Shown here: in pieces, positions 1 to 11,845 of the stretch
Position numbering within the stretch: the stretch's first letter is position 1
Layout: the number at the start of each line of letters is the position of its first letter
NCBI RefSeq assembly: GCF_006345805.1
Contig: NC_043006.1
Span: 77,500,001-77,564,000 of the forward strand
Length of the DNA: 64,000 nt
Origin: Octopus sinensis
Lineage: Eukaryota
Direction: 5' to 3'
Translations under genes and position numbers: made by a program
Notes under the pieces: generated by a model
Told to the model about the DNA's origin: nothing
Seen by the model: only the letters and a program-made list of their open reading frames with translations
The model's database searches: none

Positions 1-1207
1 TCTGTCTCTGTTTTGTTGCCGGTTTCCTTAATGAGGATGTCTAAAAATGGTAATTCTTTATGTTATAATGTATATATAAAAATTAAAAATTGTATAATAT
101 AGCAGCATTTTCGAACTTCATTTTTTACAAATATATATATATATACTTACTTATTGTATAAATATATATGCAAATAGTAGGTGTGTGCGTGAGGCAGAGA
201 GAGAGAGAGAGAGAGAGGACAGAGAGAGAAAGAGACAGACAGACAGAAGGAGGAGTGGGGCAATAAATCCTGAATTAGCAAGAGGTGCATTTTAGTATTC
301 ATTTACATAGTAAAAATGGTGTCTTGAAAAGACTGTATTATCAAGCAATCGCTCTCTCAGCATATTGTAAAAATCCATTAGTGTAAAAATCAATAAATGT
401 GTGATGTACTAATCGCATATGTAGTGCTTATATTACATCTTCGAGAAAAGAAGGAAAAAAATTCCCCTTAGCAAAATAAATAAATAAATGGTTAGGGACA
501 AATTCACTGTTCCAATCAATAATATATGCGCGGTGAATTGCCTTCCGCAATGTGGAGATCTTTCTTGTAATTAATTTACAAAAGACACACACAAGGAAAA
601 AACTGGTATGCTGTGTCGGGAGAAGTTGGATAAAATAAAAATTTCGAAAATAGCCCAATATGTAAATCTAAGATCTCCGAAGTGCGATACCGAAATATTC
701 AGTCGAGTACTCACTACAACATGACGTATTTCACGCTCATTCGCGATACAAGAAGCAGCTGTAATATAAACTTGCGTATACATACACCCACGTACATAAC
801 CGTGTACAGACCCGCACGTATGAATATGCACACTCACATATTACATACATAAACATGAAATTTAAGTCAATCTTTAAGACAATGCATAAGTGCATGTAAC
901 GTGTTGGTTTCTGCACTGTTTCTACGTATCTAATTTACCTTACAATGCATTTTGCCACGCACGAAGGTCGAACCATGAACCATTTATTTGCAAAATGAAC
1001 GTTTTAAGCATAGATTGATAGTGAGAATAAGCTATCAGTAAAATATTTAATTTGATGGCAAAAAATACTGATTTACAAAAAAATATATATATTATAAGAG
1101 TTGAACAATAGGTCCTCGACACAAATGGGTATAAAATCTCATCGTTTATTTATTTATTTATATGCTTATTTATATATCTTTATATCTATTTATTTTTGAT
1201 TTGACAG

Positions 1208-1370
1208 TTAAGAAAGAAACGAAAAACTGCTAAAATCAAGATGAGAAAAAAAACTAACAATTATTCAAAACTACAGAGTGTAGAAGAATCAGTGATTCAG
1301 AACAACAGAATCGAAATGATCGGTGTTACTATGAGACACAGCAGATTGGAAAATATATCGACCGAGTTTG
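1208..1370 (+). CDS. Possible isolated coding exon of an unidentified host gene
   Basis: Pyrimidine-rich acceptor ending TTTGACAG (1201-1207), open frame LRKKRKTAKIKMRKKTNNYSKLQSVEESVIQNNRIEMIGVTMRHSRLENISTEF, donor G|GTAAGC at 1370/1371. No homology recognised and no partner exon found. Confidence 0.2.
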
Positions 1371-2136
1371 GTAAGCAGAACCTATCCAAGGATAAATTAC
1401 TTCACAGAAAGCTATTTCTTTAGTAATTTTTTTTATATGATATCCAACGAAAATCAAAAAAGACGATATGAGTAAACAATTCCATTCTTTGAATAGGGTT
1501 CCATCATTATAAAAATCACTAATATCATGATTTGTAGTTTGTGGGATTTGTGAGAACATATATCAAACGAACGTGATTTACATCGAAAATAAAATTATCG
1601 ATTAGATTTTCAACTGAATCTTGTTGACGTAATGGAGATGAACGCGCTAAAGACGAGTAAAATAGATCATGCAAGCATTGAAAAGCTGTAATTTTCTAAT
1701 CTATTACTCGTAAATAAACAGAGCTATATATGCTATTTCAATCAAATCATACAAAAACCTGATTATCGTGCGAGAAGTAGAACACGATGGTTTATTTTCT
1801 CTTCACATCTGACGATTTATTTCATGTATGTTAGTAGATATTGACACCTATCTGAATAAGCTTAAATTAAACTATTTTCTTTTATTATTTTATATGAATT
1901 ATGCACACGTAAATAAATAAGAAAAGTATTTAGATCTGGATATAGTGTTACAAAATTCACTTTATGTACATTGATTGAAACACTATTTTCAAACAAGAAA
2001 TTGAGAGATGGTTTACCATAATGCAATATACGATCAACATTAGTTTCATTGTAGAAGCAATAACAGTGAGACTATTGAATAATTGTATATATCGTAGAAA
2101 TGGGTAGCAAATAAACATAGATGTAAAGTGATTAGT

Positions 2137-2312
2137 GTGTTCTATGCTTGTTGTGCTCTAAGTTTGACGTGTTCTATTTTTGGTGTGCTCTATGTTTGAT
2201 GTGCTCTATCTTTGTTATGCTCTCTGCTTGGTGTGCGCTATGTTTGTTGTGCACTATGTTTGATGTGCTCTATATTTGGTGTGCTCTATATTTAGTGCGC
2301 TGTATGTTTGGT
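2137..2312. repeat. Minisatellite, about 11 degenerate copies of a 16-bp unit (GTGCTCTATGTTTGAT)
   Basis: Tandem units are directly visible (gtgttctatgcttgtt gtgctctaagtttgac gtgttctatttttggt gtgctctatgtttgat ...). Confidence 0.85.
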
Positions 2313-4847
2313 GACTTAGTCTAGTCGATATAATATCGCCGTCGAGATATGCAATTCGTTGTTGGTGAAATCGTGACATACGTATTGCCAGTTGCAAATC
2401 TTTTGGTATATGGAAGATGAGTAGATGCAGATTAATGCGGGTATCACCAGGAATACTGTATAATTAAGGGATAAACATTTTACCATTGTAAAGTATGTTT
2501 TACTTTCGTTCTAGAAAAACAGACCTAATTAAACATTTCGTTGAGGTTTTCATTTTGGAATATTTTCTAGTCTATTAATTAGACTTCTGTGGAATAAAAA
2601 TGCATTTCCTTATTCAGAAAGAAAAATAGGAGCGCAAACAATTTTACAAAATGATGTAAGAATTATTTCCTTAACTAAGATTTTTTAGAAGGAAAATAAA
2701 ACTTCTAGTAAACAACTTATGTGTTAATTACTGAACGTTTACTAAAACGCTGAATTGCATTTCTCCGTTGTTTGTTAGTGTTGTTGAATTTTAGGATCAA
2801 GTAAGTTAGCACTGAGTAGGCATATGCGTAAAAGTGTTTCATCATCACCTCATCATTTTCTCCAAAATGATAGGGTGTGATTTGAAAAAAACATTTGGCT
2901 GCTAGTCCCATCACTTTTAACAAACGTATGGAACGTCCTTTGTAAGCCTCTTCTACCACGAGAGTTTGTTGTTTTTATGGTAGAATTTGGTAGAATATTT
3001 TCTAAAGTATTAACATCCTAGTATCTATTTCATCTCAATCACAGATTTTTTAATTAATTTTCTTTAACTACACAGTTTGAAACTTCGAATACTGGTGGAA
3101 TTTCTCACATAGAACACAGTTGATTGTGAAAGTTTTTGACAAAAGTTCCTATTTTAGAAGTTATTGCATTTTTAAGTTGTCGCATTTGGATAATTTCAAC
3201 CAATCAGCGACGTGTATTCGGTTGAAGAAAGCTACTGCCATTTGCGATAGTAATCGAAGAGGAACAACTTCCGGGTCATCTATACTAAATGATACCACTC
3301 TGTTCTATTCGTAACATATATCCTTCCTTTGCTTCTAGTCAGCACCGTGCATTCCTTATTCTTTACCTCCCTTATACACTATCAACTAGCAACCAGCGAG
3401 CGAACTTGTCGTTGCCACGGCAATTACCGTATCCAAATCCTATGCCATTTTATAAGTGTTAGATAAATAAAAATAAAACAACAATCAGTTTAATGATTTT
3501 CAATTAAAAATATGTATTCACTACCTCATAGCAAGAGCTGTGGAAATTCCTAAATGTATGATTGACTTCTTTCCATACTTAACTTTTCTGAAAGAGTAGT
3601 ACGTGAACTTGTTTCATTTTTCTAAAGAACTCAGCTCCAATTATATTTTAGATTTTGATCAAAAGTAAAATCTCTTTAAAAGTTAAATGCTCTATTTGTT
3701 TCTTTGGGTTAAATACGTCAATTATATTCTGGATTTTCTTGTAGAGTTAATGATGTTTATAGTGTATCATTCAAGAATGTTTTTTTAGCTAAAAGTTTTG
3801 CTTATGTTTTCGGCTTCCTTATATATCAAAAACTTTTGATCAGTCATAAATCTTGATTAGAGGAAACGCAAAAATACTGCTCAACATTACCTAGGTCTTT
3901 TTTATTTGATAGAATTAGATGTTAAAGAATGCGTTGTCAATTATACGTGGTAAGATAGGTGATATAAAAGGAAAAATATCACGGAAATGGTGTGTTAAGA
4001 TAATTGTCGCTTACCATGGTTTTTATAATATTTATTATGTCCATTAGGATTCATTTTAGACACAATATATCATTCTAGATAATGAGCAAATAATATGAGA
4101 AGCAGTGCTTCTTTTGAAATTTGAAGAATAATGTAGAGTAAAAATGCAGGTTTCATTGCAGCCATTCACTTGATATTCTGAAAACATTTCACATTTCTAA
4201 CATTGCTAATGAATTTCAACAAGTCAAGAATATGTGTACTCTCATTTATCATTCTTTGAAACTCTTCGTATCCATCCCTTCTGTCAGATACCATTCTGAT
4301 CTTAGTTCATTACGAGAGTGTAAGTGCAAGTGATATAAGAAAGCATCGCTAATAAGTTAAGGTGAATAAATAAGTGGGCTAAAAACCGACGTTTCATGTC
4401 GATTATGTGAGCAGCATTTAATTCCACTTCATTTTCGTCAGTAATGTCTTACATAAAAGCGCATGTACATTTCATTCTCAAAGTGTAGAAAGGTTAGATA
4501 TTATTAGAGATCGAGTTACAAAGCCTGTAATATTGCCGGTGTTTCTGGTTCGTTTATCTGTATATACTCTATCTTAGCTTTTAAAGAAAAGCCTCGTTGG
4601 TTATAGGCAACATATGTGCTAATCAATGATCCAGGCTATTACTGGCTGTTTGAGTGACAGGGGAGTAGATGTAACAATGTATACAACGACTATACCGAGG
4701 GTAGTCATTCACTATATGTTCCTTGTTAGAAGATTTTGGATGATTATTTCCATATATGTGTTTGTGTTTGTATGTGTGTCTGCGTGCGTGAGCATAGATG
4801 TATATGTATGTTTGTGTGTATGTATATATATATATATATATACATAG

Positions 4848-5017
4848 ACGTAGGAGTGGCTGTGTGGTAAGTAGCTTGCTTACCAACCACATGGTCCCAG
4901 GTTAAGTCCCACTGCGTGGCACCTTGGGCAATTGTCTTCTACTATAGCCTCGGGCCGACCAATGCCTTGTGAGTGGATTTGGTAGACGGAAACTGAAAGA
5001 AGCCCGTCGTATATATG

Positions 5018-5048
<31 letters not shown>

Positions 5049-5256
5049 TTGTCCTCCCAACATCGCTTGACAACCGATGCTGGTGTTTTTACGTCCTCGT
5101 AACTTAGCGGTTCGGCAAAAGAGATCGATAGAATAAGTACTAGGCTTCCAAAGAATAAGTCCTGGGGTCGATTTGCTCGACTAAAGGCGGTGCTCCAGCA
5201 TGGCCACAGTCAAATGACTGAAACAAGTAAAAAGAGTAAAAAAAAGAGTAAAAAGA

Positions 5257-5258
<2 letters not shown>
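4848..5258 (+). mobile_element. tRNA-derived SINE, family A (full length)
   Basis: Head GGAGTGGCTGTGTGGTAAG (A-box-like) and GGTTAAGTCCC (B-box-like), internal (TA)n/(TG)n, 3' GGTGCTCCAGCATGGCCACAGTCAAATGACTGAAACAAGT plus an AAAAGAGT tail. Homologous copies elsewhere in the window. Confidence 0.85.
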
Positions 5259-5288
<30 letters not shown>

Positions 5289-5378
5289 CTTCGTTATAAG
5301 ATTATAAATCAGTAGAAGACCATATACTATAAAATATAGAGCAGTTGTTTATTTTTGTATGTGTAACGTAGCAGTTTA

Positions 5379-5432
5379 GAAAATAAACCATTGGTTTCAT
5401 ATCTAGAGTGAACTAGACATCTCTTCAGTTTC
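5379..5432 (-). ncRNA. Degenerate type I hammerhead ribozyme
   Basis: Minus strand: gaaa-CTGAAGA-g-atgtctag/ttcact/ctagatat-GAAAC-caatg-GTT. Stem II is 8 bp and stem III 3 bp, but stem I is damaged. The 3' tail ends in (TA)n at about 5288. Confidence 0.5.
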
Positions 5433-5494
5433 ATTGTGCATCCAATGTAAAGGACAAATCACTTAGCACTTCTAAACCACAGACAAAGGCAGGT

Positions 5495-5910
5495 TGTTCA
5501 TGCAGGATTAGAAATGAATGCCCAGTGGATGGCTGATGTAACACCGAGGCTACAGTGTACCAAGCAAAGGTAGCCTCAACGAAAAGCAGCACACATATCA
5601 GTAACATCAATGCCAACACAAGGACACACAAAAATCTATGTCGGATCTTGTGAATCCAAATTTAAAATTCGCCTAAACAACCACAGATCTTCTCTCAGGG
5701 TCCTGGATAGACGCAATACAATGACACTCGCAGCATACGTATGGCGCCTCAAAGACGATCATACACCCTTTAACATCAAGTGAAAATTACTGAAAACTTG
5801 TGGACCCTGTAAATTGTGTGTCGCATGAGCCAGGAGGCTACCTGAAATGCAGGAGGGAGGCCGTGGGGAGTTGTCCACATTTTCGGAATTTTTTACTTTA
5901 AAATTGGAAA
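5495..5910 (+). pseudogene. Penelope-like element GIY-YIG endonuclease, degenerate
   Basis: Translates (with stops and a frameshift) as CSCRIRNECPVDG*CNTEATVYQAKV...KIYVGSCESKFKIRLNNHRSS...TLAAYVWRLKDDHTPFNIK*KLLKTCGPCKLC...GSCPHFRNF. This contains a CxCx5C linker and a VY/YVG/R GIY-YIG core. Confidence 0.85.
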
Positions 5911-6199
5911 ACTTAGCTATCAAGCGAAGGAAGACAACTCGCCAGGGCATAATGTTTTAAGAGGAATATCTCTTGAAGTATCACTGGCGTTCTTGTGTTT
6001 TAAAAAAAACATTCTTTGAAGAGAACAGTTACCAAATGCAGATTTATTGTGCCGACTTTATCACTATCATATTGATTAACACTGTCATCTTCACCATAAT
6101 TGTACCCTTTAATCGCTTCTTCTTCAGAGTTACTGTCAGTATCCAGGGCTGCTGGGTTTGATTAAGAATGAAAGGATTCAGCATCAGAGGATCTTCTTG

Positions 6200-6560
6200 T
6201 CTTGGAAGGATAGATAGTGTGCTTCCTTGCAACTTTGCCTTACAAATAGCCCACTTTGCTCTTGATTTGGAATTTGATAGAATACAGCTTTTGTCATCAG
6301 CATTGAGCTATTCACCGTGGACTTTGGTGATATCGAACAGTTCTTCTAATGGCTCAAACGTTTCTTTTTGGGCGCATTTGTCATACAAATGAAGCATATT
6401 TTGAGCTTGGACCGTATTGCTTGCTCGGAAATACTTCGAACATTCAGTTTATCTCTCTTCGGTAGTGTCACCTCTCTTGATAATTCTACCACTCTCTCCT
6501 TTCTGCCTTTAATTTATTTCCAAAGAAACTTGTAGCGACCAAGAATCTGCCTCTTCAGTG
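6200..6560 (-). pseudogene. Decayed coding-like fragment, possibly the N-terminal part of a DNA transposase
   Basis: Higher GC than the flanks. Frameshifted translation RVVELSREVTLPKRDKLNVRSISEQAIRSKL / NMLHLYDK...LEELFDITK. Family not identified. Confidence 0.2.
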
Positions 6561-7575
6561 GTATTCGGATCCTGCTGGCCAGTGAGGCTCCTTCTATAGA
6601 CACATGACATCTAGAATAAGGGGACTGGAACTGCACCAAATTTCTTCTCCATTTCTCCTTGTTCTGCTGAACAACTTTGAAGCTTTTCTTGAATGACATA
6701 CTATTAGCAGTCACGCAGACCTCTCACTGAAACCGAAGCAACAAGTGTGGAAGTGAAAGAACTTAATTATTTGCTTCATGACTAAGCATGATGACTAAAC
6801 AATATAATCTTATAAATGCTGAGAATTTATAATAAAAGTCTTATAAAAGCAGAGAATTTATTGAAAGCCAAGCGTGCTATGGATTCTTACCCATATTCAA
6901 ACAAGTTTTGCATAAGAATACAAACATGTATTCATGGGTAGAATATTTTCAAAGATAGCTCAAAAGTGAATTCCCTTTAGTTAGTTATGCATAAAAGCTC
7001 ATCTAAATATGATACGAGAAATTGGTTTTGAGGAAAGAAAAAATTGTATCTCTCATATAGATGTGTATGTATATATGTATGCATGCTTTTGCATATAAAT
7101 AGAAATTTAAAGTTTTATATATCCTTAAACGAATATATGAATATTCGTACGCAAGTTCATAGGTTATATACTTTGGTAATGACGCACACTCAAACAATAG
7201 CGATACCATCCAATGTGAATGAACGCCCGCGTTGCAGCATTTGTAATTATGGACACTCTCATGTGTCCGTAATTGAGTGTCTTTGTGCATGTCTGTTCAA
7301 AACTTTTTGCTCTCCCCTCATTGGTTTTAACATACACGTTTTGTTGTTTTCAATTTCCATGCCAAAAATATATTTTATTATTATCATTATTTACTTCTTA
7401 AGAAGAAAAAGTGCACAAATTTTTGGATCAATTATGATTTATTATGAATTTACTGATAGAAATGATAGTTACTGATAGTTAATAATAATTACAGACAGCT
7501 AATGATAGTAAACGGAAATAACTTCATGAACGAAGTATTTAGAGTTAGAAATCTGATACCTCTGAGTTCAGTGAA

Positions 7576-7630
7576 CGTATATTTTCGTTCAAATATATAT
7601 TTACGAGATATTTTTGAACGAAAATATACG
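7576..7630. repeat. Perfect 18-bp inverted repeat with a 19-nt spacer
   Basis: CGTATATTTTCGTTCAAA (7576-7593) and TTTGAACGAAAATATACG (7613-7630). Confidence 0.9.
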
Positions 7631-9127
7631 AGATGATACCTTAAGAGGTTAAACTAGTCCTGTGGATATTGACAAACGACGAGCAGTTTATTATAAGCAT
7701 AATAAAGGAATTGACGCCTGTATAAAAGAAGCCTTAAAACTACCGTAGCTCATTACAGATGTATAATGTTAATAGTGATTTCCGTAATTAATGTAAGCCT
7801 ACATGCTTTCGATAGGATACTATCAATTACATTTCATCCATAAATCGAAAGATATTCTATTTTATAGAATTTATAAGATTTTGTAATGCGTAACATGAAC
7901 TGACAATGGGATAATTAACAAATCGTGATCTCTAATTTAGACCTCAGCAAACTTTAGCGGAGTTGTCAGCCAATTACACTTGTTCTCTCTATTTACTTGA
8001 CAACATATTTTATCCAAGAGGAATGTCGAACTCGGAGAAATTTCAGCTCAGAAAAAGATTGCCGGAAGAAATATGGCAAAATATTTTCCAGACTCTAAAA
8101 CCATCCAGTCTATTTTTCTTATAATTTAGACTTGAGTTAAGGAATTTGGGTAAAGGGTTAGTCGATTATATCGACTCCGTATTTGAGTTGTCCCCTACTT
8201 TTTCAACTCGAGTAAGCTTAAAATAAAACAAAGTTTACTTCGGTAGCGTTTGCCCTTCAAATTTAAAAAGCCTGAAAATATATTGCAATCTGGTTTTCTA
8301 ACAATTTGTCAGTTCATTCTTTATGGACACAAAAACCAAGAGTTTTGTGAGGAGAGGATTATTTGATAATGTGACTTTCAATAATTGAGCGGTGCTTTAT
8401 TTTATCGACTCCGTAATAACTTCGGTGGGATTTGTACTGAGAATGTGTAGAGCTGGAAGTATAACCGCTAGCCATTAAGGCTGATGTTCTACTTATCTTC
8501 CAAACCATTCTATATATAATATTAAAACCTATGCCGATGAAATTTAACGATAACAAAACGATAAAACATTCACTTAAAAAATTCAAATTGCTAGTCACAT
8601 CGTAGTTTTGCTTCCATACATCTTCATTACAGTGCGAAATATAATTCGGGGAAAGAGAACAAAAATATATCTATATAATGTTAACATCTCAAAATTAGTG
8701 TCTTTCTTTCATGCCAGTAATGTAATATTGAAAATATAATTATGTAGTTAGTGACAAATTAATGCCTCAAAGACGTCGAATTTCCCATCAATTTTCAGCC
8801 TATGGAATTGATATTATATTAAATAAAACACAAATATATGAAACATATTTTTAAACGTAAGAACCGCTGACTATAATGTGAAGATTATTTTAAGACACGT
8901 CCAATATTTTTCTACGTGAATTGACACTGCTAATGGCTACTTATCAATCATTTTTATCATGAGTACAATAGAATTAACCAAACATCTACAAATATTGGAT
9001 TTTAAATCAGAAAGAAAGCTACAAATTTCAATAAGAAAATAAAATGCATTTGATCATAACCTGATTTCAAAAGCTGTTTCGTCGTCACATATTGTAAAAA
9101 TAATAATGTTTTTTTTTCAGATTGTAT

Positions 9128-9305
9128 ACATACATAGATACATACATAGATACATACATAGATACATGCATAGATACATACATACATACATACATACATA
9201 CATACATACATACATACATACATACATACATACATACATACATACATACATACATACATACATACATACATACATACATACATACATTCATACATACATA
9301 AATAC
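9128..9305. repeat. (ATAC)n microsatellite, representative of dozens of (TA)n, (TG)n, (GA)n, (TATG)n, (GATA)n and (AAT)n tracts
   Basis: Directly visible. It is the source of the MYVC/HTYI-type pseudo-ORFs. Confidence 0.95.
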
Positions 9306-9779
9306 ATACATAAGATTTAGTTGCATTACATACTTAAATTGAAGCTCCTCGTTAGGTCGCAATAATATACACACCCAACAACAATATTATGTAAATATCA
9401 AACTTGGTACATACGTACTAGCCAGATGATATTCCTGTAATGTATGTAGACAATTAGACCCAGCTGAGTGAAGAAATCCGATCTTGAGTTATAAAATATA
9501 AGACGCACCATATTTAAGAAAAGCAGATTCCGAAACAGGTGAATAAATAAAAATGTGCAGTATTAGAGGTAGAGATATCAGTCCATTACGGCCGTTTCTA
9601 ATGACTCCTCTAATTGATTGATGAAAACATTACATCGTTATAAAAAAACCGTATTCGTCACATGAATTCATGAACTTCAAAATAAATGACATTCGAAATG
9701 ATTTGATATATTTAAAATCCAAGGGGGAAAACATTTACAATGATTCTGCTGCTACACCACCTAACCAAAAGTAAGGAAA

Positions 9780-10700
9780 CCTTCCCAGTGATAATTTGGA
9801 ATGAGGGAGCATTGATAGCAAAGTGAAAATGGGAAAGCAAAGGAAGAAGAACAAAAAGGACATGAAGGAGAATTACTTAACAAGGAACTGCACAATCAAT
9901 TCCATGTAGCCACAGCAGACGTTGCTAGAAACATAGGTGGGATTGACTGATGAAAAGAAATTTCAAAAGGTAACTGTGCGCACTATACTAGCAGCGGGAG
10001 ATGAAGCTCTGGCTCCGAACTGGAGGATCAATCTGAGGAATGAACAAGTGCTCCCGCTGTACTGCATCTCCAATAGAGTGGATGAAACCATTGCCCATAT
10101 CACAAACGAATGCCCTAGACTTACCGAAAAACACTTACAAGTTGTGGCGACACCACCGAATAGCGAAGGTGCTCTACTGGAAACTGTGCGAAATTCGGGG
10201 GTTAGAGAGGCAAGACGTGGCATGAGGACAAACCACAGAGTGGCAGAGTCGAAGACTGGCAAAATCCTCTAAGATTTCCCAATCCAAACAGATCAGGTAC
10301 CAGGGCAATAACAGACCAACCTTGTGATGTTGGACAAGGTGCAGCACATATGTTATATAGTTGATGTTCCATGCCCCTTTATTCCACGAATAGTCAAGAA
10401 AAAGGCGAAAAGATAGATAGATACAACCTTCTTAAGGACGTCTATGGAAAATGAAGGAAGTGAATATAGTGCCAATTATTGTTGGGTCCTTAGGAACAGA
10501 ATCAAAGGGCATCAAGAGAAATATAAAGGAAACTGGAAGAGAGTGCCTAGTAGAACTGCTACATAAGGTTTGCCTCCTTGGCACGGCCACGATAGTCAGG
10601 AAAGTATTAGATACCTTAAGAGAGCGAATAGATTGGTACCGTAGGCTGCAGGTATTAAACTCTCTACGTTTGCAAGAGTCCCGGAGTTGCGGTAGAGATA
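9780..10700 (+). mobile_element. 3' fragment of a non-LTR retrotransposon with a restriction-like endonuclease (R4/Dong-like), decayed
   Basis: Frameshifted translation: ILAAGDEALAPNW, a CCHC knuckle region (DETIAHITNECPRL..RHHRIAKVLYWKLC), KIL*DFPIQTD, and VPIIVGSLGT...LHKVCLLGTATIVRKVLD. A short 3' UTR is followed by (CTA)n/(AAT)n at 10701-10905. Confidence 0.85.
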
Positions 10701-10726
10701 CTACTACTACTACTACTACTACTACT

Positions 10727-10775
<49 letters not shown>

Positions 10776-10819
10776 TACAACAACAACTACTACTACTACT
10801 ACTACACTACTACTACTAC

Positions 10820-10897
<78 letters not shown>

Positions 10898-11106
10898 TAA
10901 ATAACAACAACAATAGACTAAAAGTAACTTGATACACTGAATAAAATGGAAATACTATTTTTCCAATGATAGAATATTAAGATAGAATAAAAGTTTGAAC
11001 CTAAATACATTAGCAAGTTATTGACCTAATTTCGGACAGCAAGTGGCTTGTTTTCTAACCAGCCAGTTTGAAAAGTTCAGATGGTATCTGAAATGTAATT
11101 AATTTT

Positions 11107-11206
11107 TACCCTGATGAAGCAGCAGCAGTAATTAACTCCAAAATGCACATCACGATGCTTAATTTGCAGTGTGTACTGGCTTGCAGCGGAAAAACAGGGT
11201 TAGGTA
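11107..11206 (+). ncRNA. Possible degenerate hammerhead with a long stem II
   Basis: tacc-CTGATGA-...-GAAAa-acaggg-TTA-ggta. Stem I is 4 bp and stem III is weak. The tail ends in (TA)n at 11279. Confidence 0.3.
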
Positions 11207-11314
11207 CTGACATGGAAAGATGTGATTAACTATAAAAAAACTGGCAATTCAAAAATTCTGCTCTCTTATCATAATTTGTATATATATATATATATATAAT
11301 ATATATATATATAG

Positions 11315-11389
<75 letters not shown>

Positions 11390-11400
11390 AATATCTCAAA

Positions 11401-11845
11401 GAGAACATTCAGTAACAGTTCTTTAAAGTAAAGACTATTTGCCAACATAATATGGTTGTCCTGGATGGGACGATTGTACTGTTGCTTAGCCCAAGGAAAC
11501 ATCGTTTCCAGCTGACTATACGACACAATGTTTGTCTCCTTATATTTACGAACAGGGAGCACAGCACCCACATTCAGCACAAAGCAACGTCTATTGACCG
11601 GTTTCTATGTTATTGCTCTATATCAGCCCAGAGTAGCTCCTTGGCTACATGAACTTGCTGAACATCCGTTCGAAAATACATAATTTTCAAAGTGACACAC
11701 AATCACTGATCTAATAAATAGAAGCATCATTATTTTTAAATCTCACAATGAAAGATATTTGGTAACAGTTCTTTAAATTAAAGACTATTTGCCAACATAA
11801 TGTGGCTGTCCTTGATGGGACGATTGTTACTGTAGTTTAGCGCGC
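11401..11845 (+). repeat. Direct repeat of about 85 bp (about 11405-11490 and 11758-11845)
   Basis: GTAACAGTTCTTTAAA(G/T)TAAAGACTATTTGCCAACATAAT...GATGGGACGATTGT occurs twice, about 350 bp apart. Confidence 0.85.

Noticed and set aside
2717-2959. Non-repetitive 80-aa minus-strand ORF (similar cases at 3120-3314, 26087-26278 and 59841-60205)
   Set aside because: No recognisable domain, consistent splice pattern or codon signal; lengths are compatible with chance.
4383-4445. Minus-strand CTGACGA...GAAACGTC hammerhead-like motif
   Set aside because: Stem I cannot form and stem II is poor.
9002-9342. Long ORFs such as MYVC-, HTYI-, YLSI-, IYIY-, LSLS- and CV-repeat proteins here and throughout (e.g. 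14178-14990, 26957-27570, 42939-43439, 49549-50952, 60518-60930)
   Set aside because: They are translations of stop-free microsatellites and have no coding signal.
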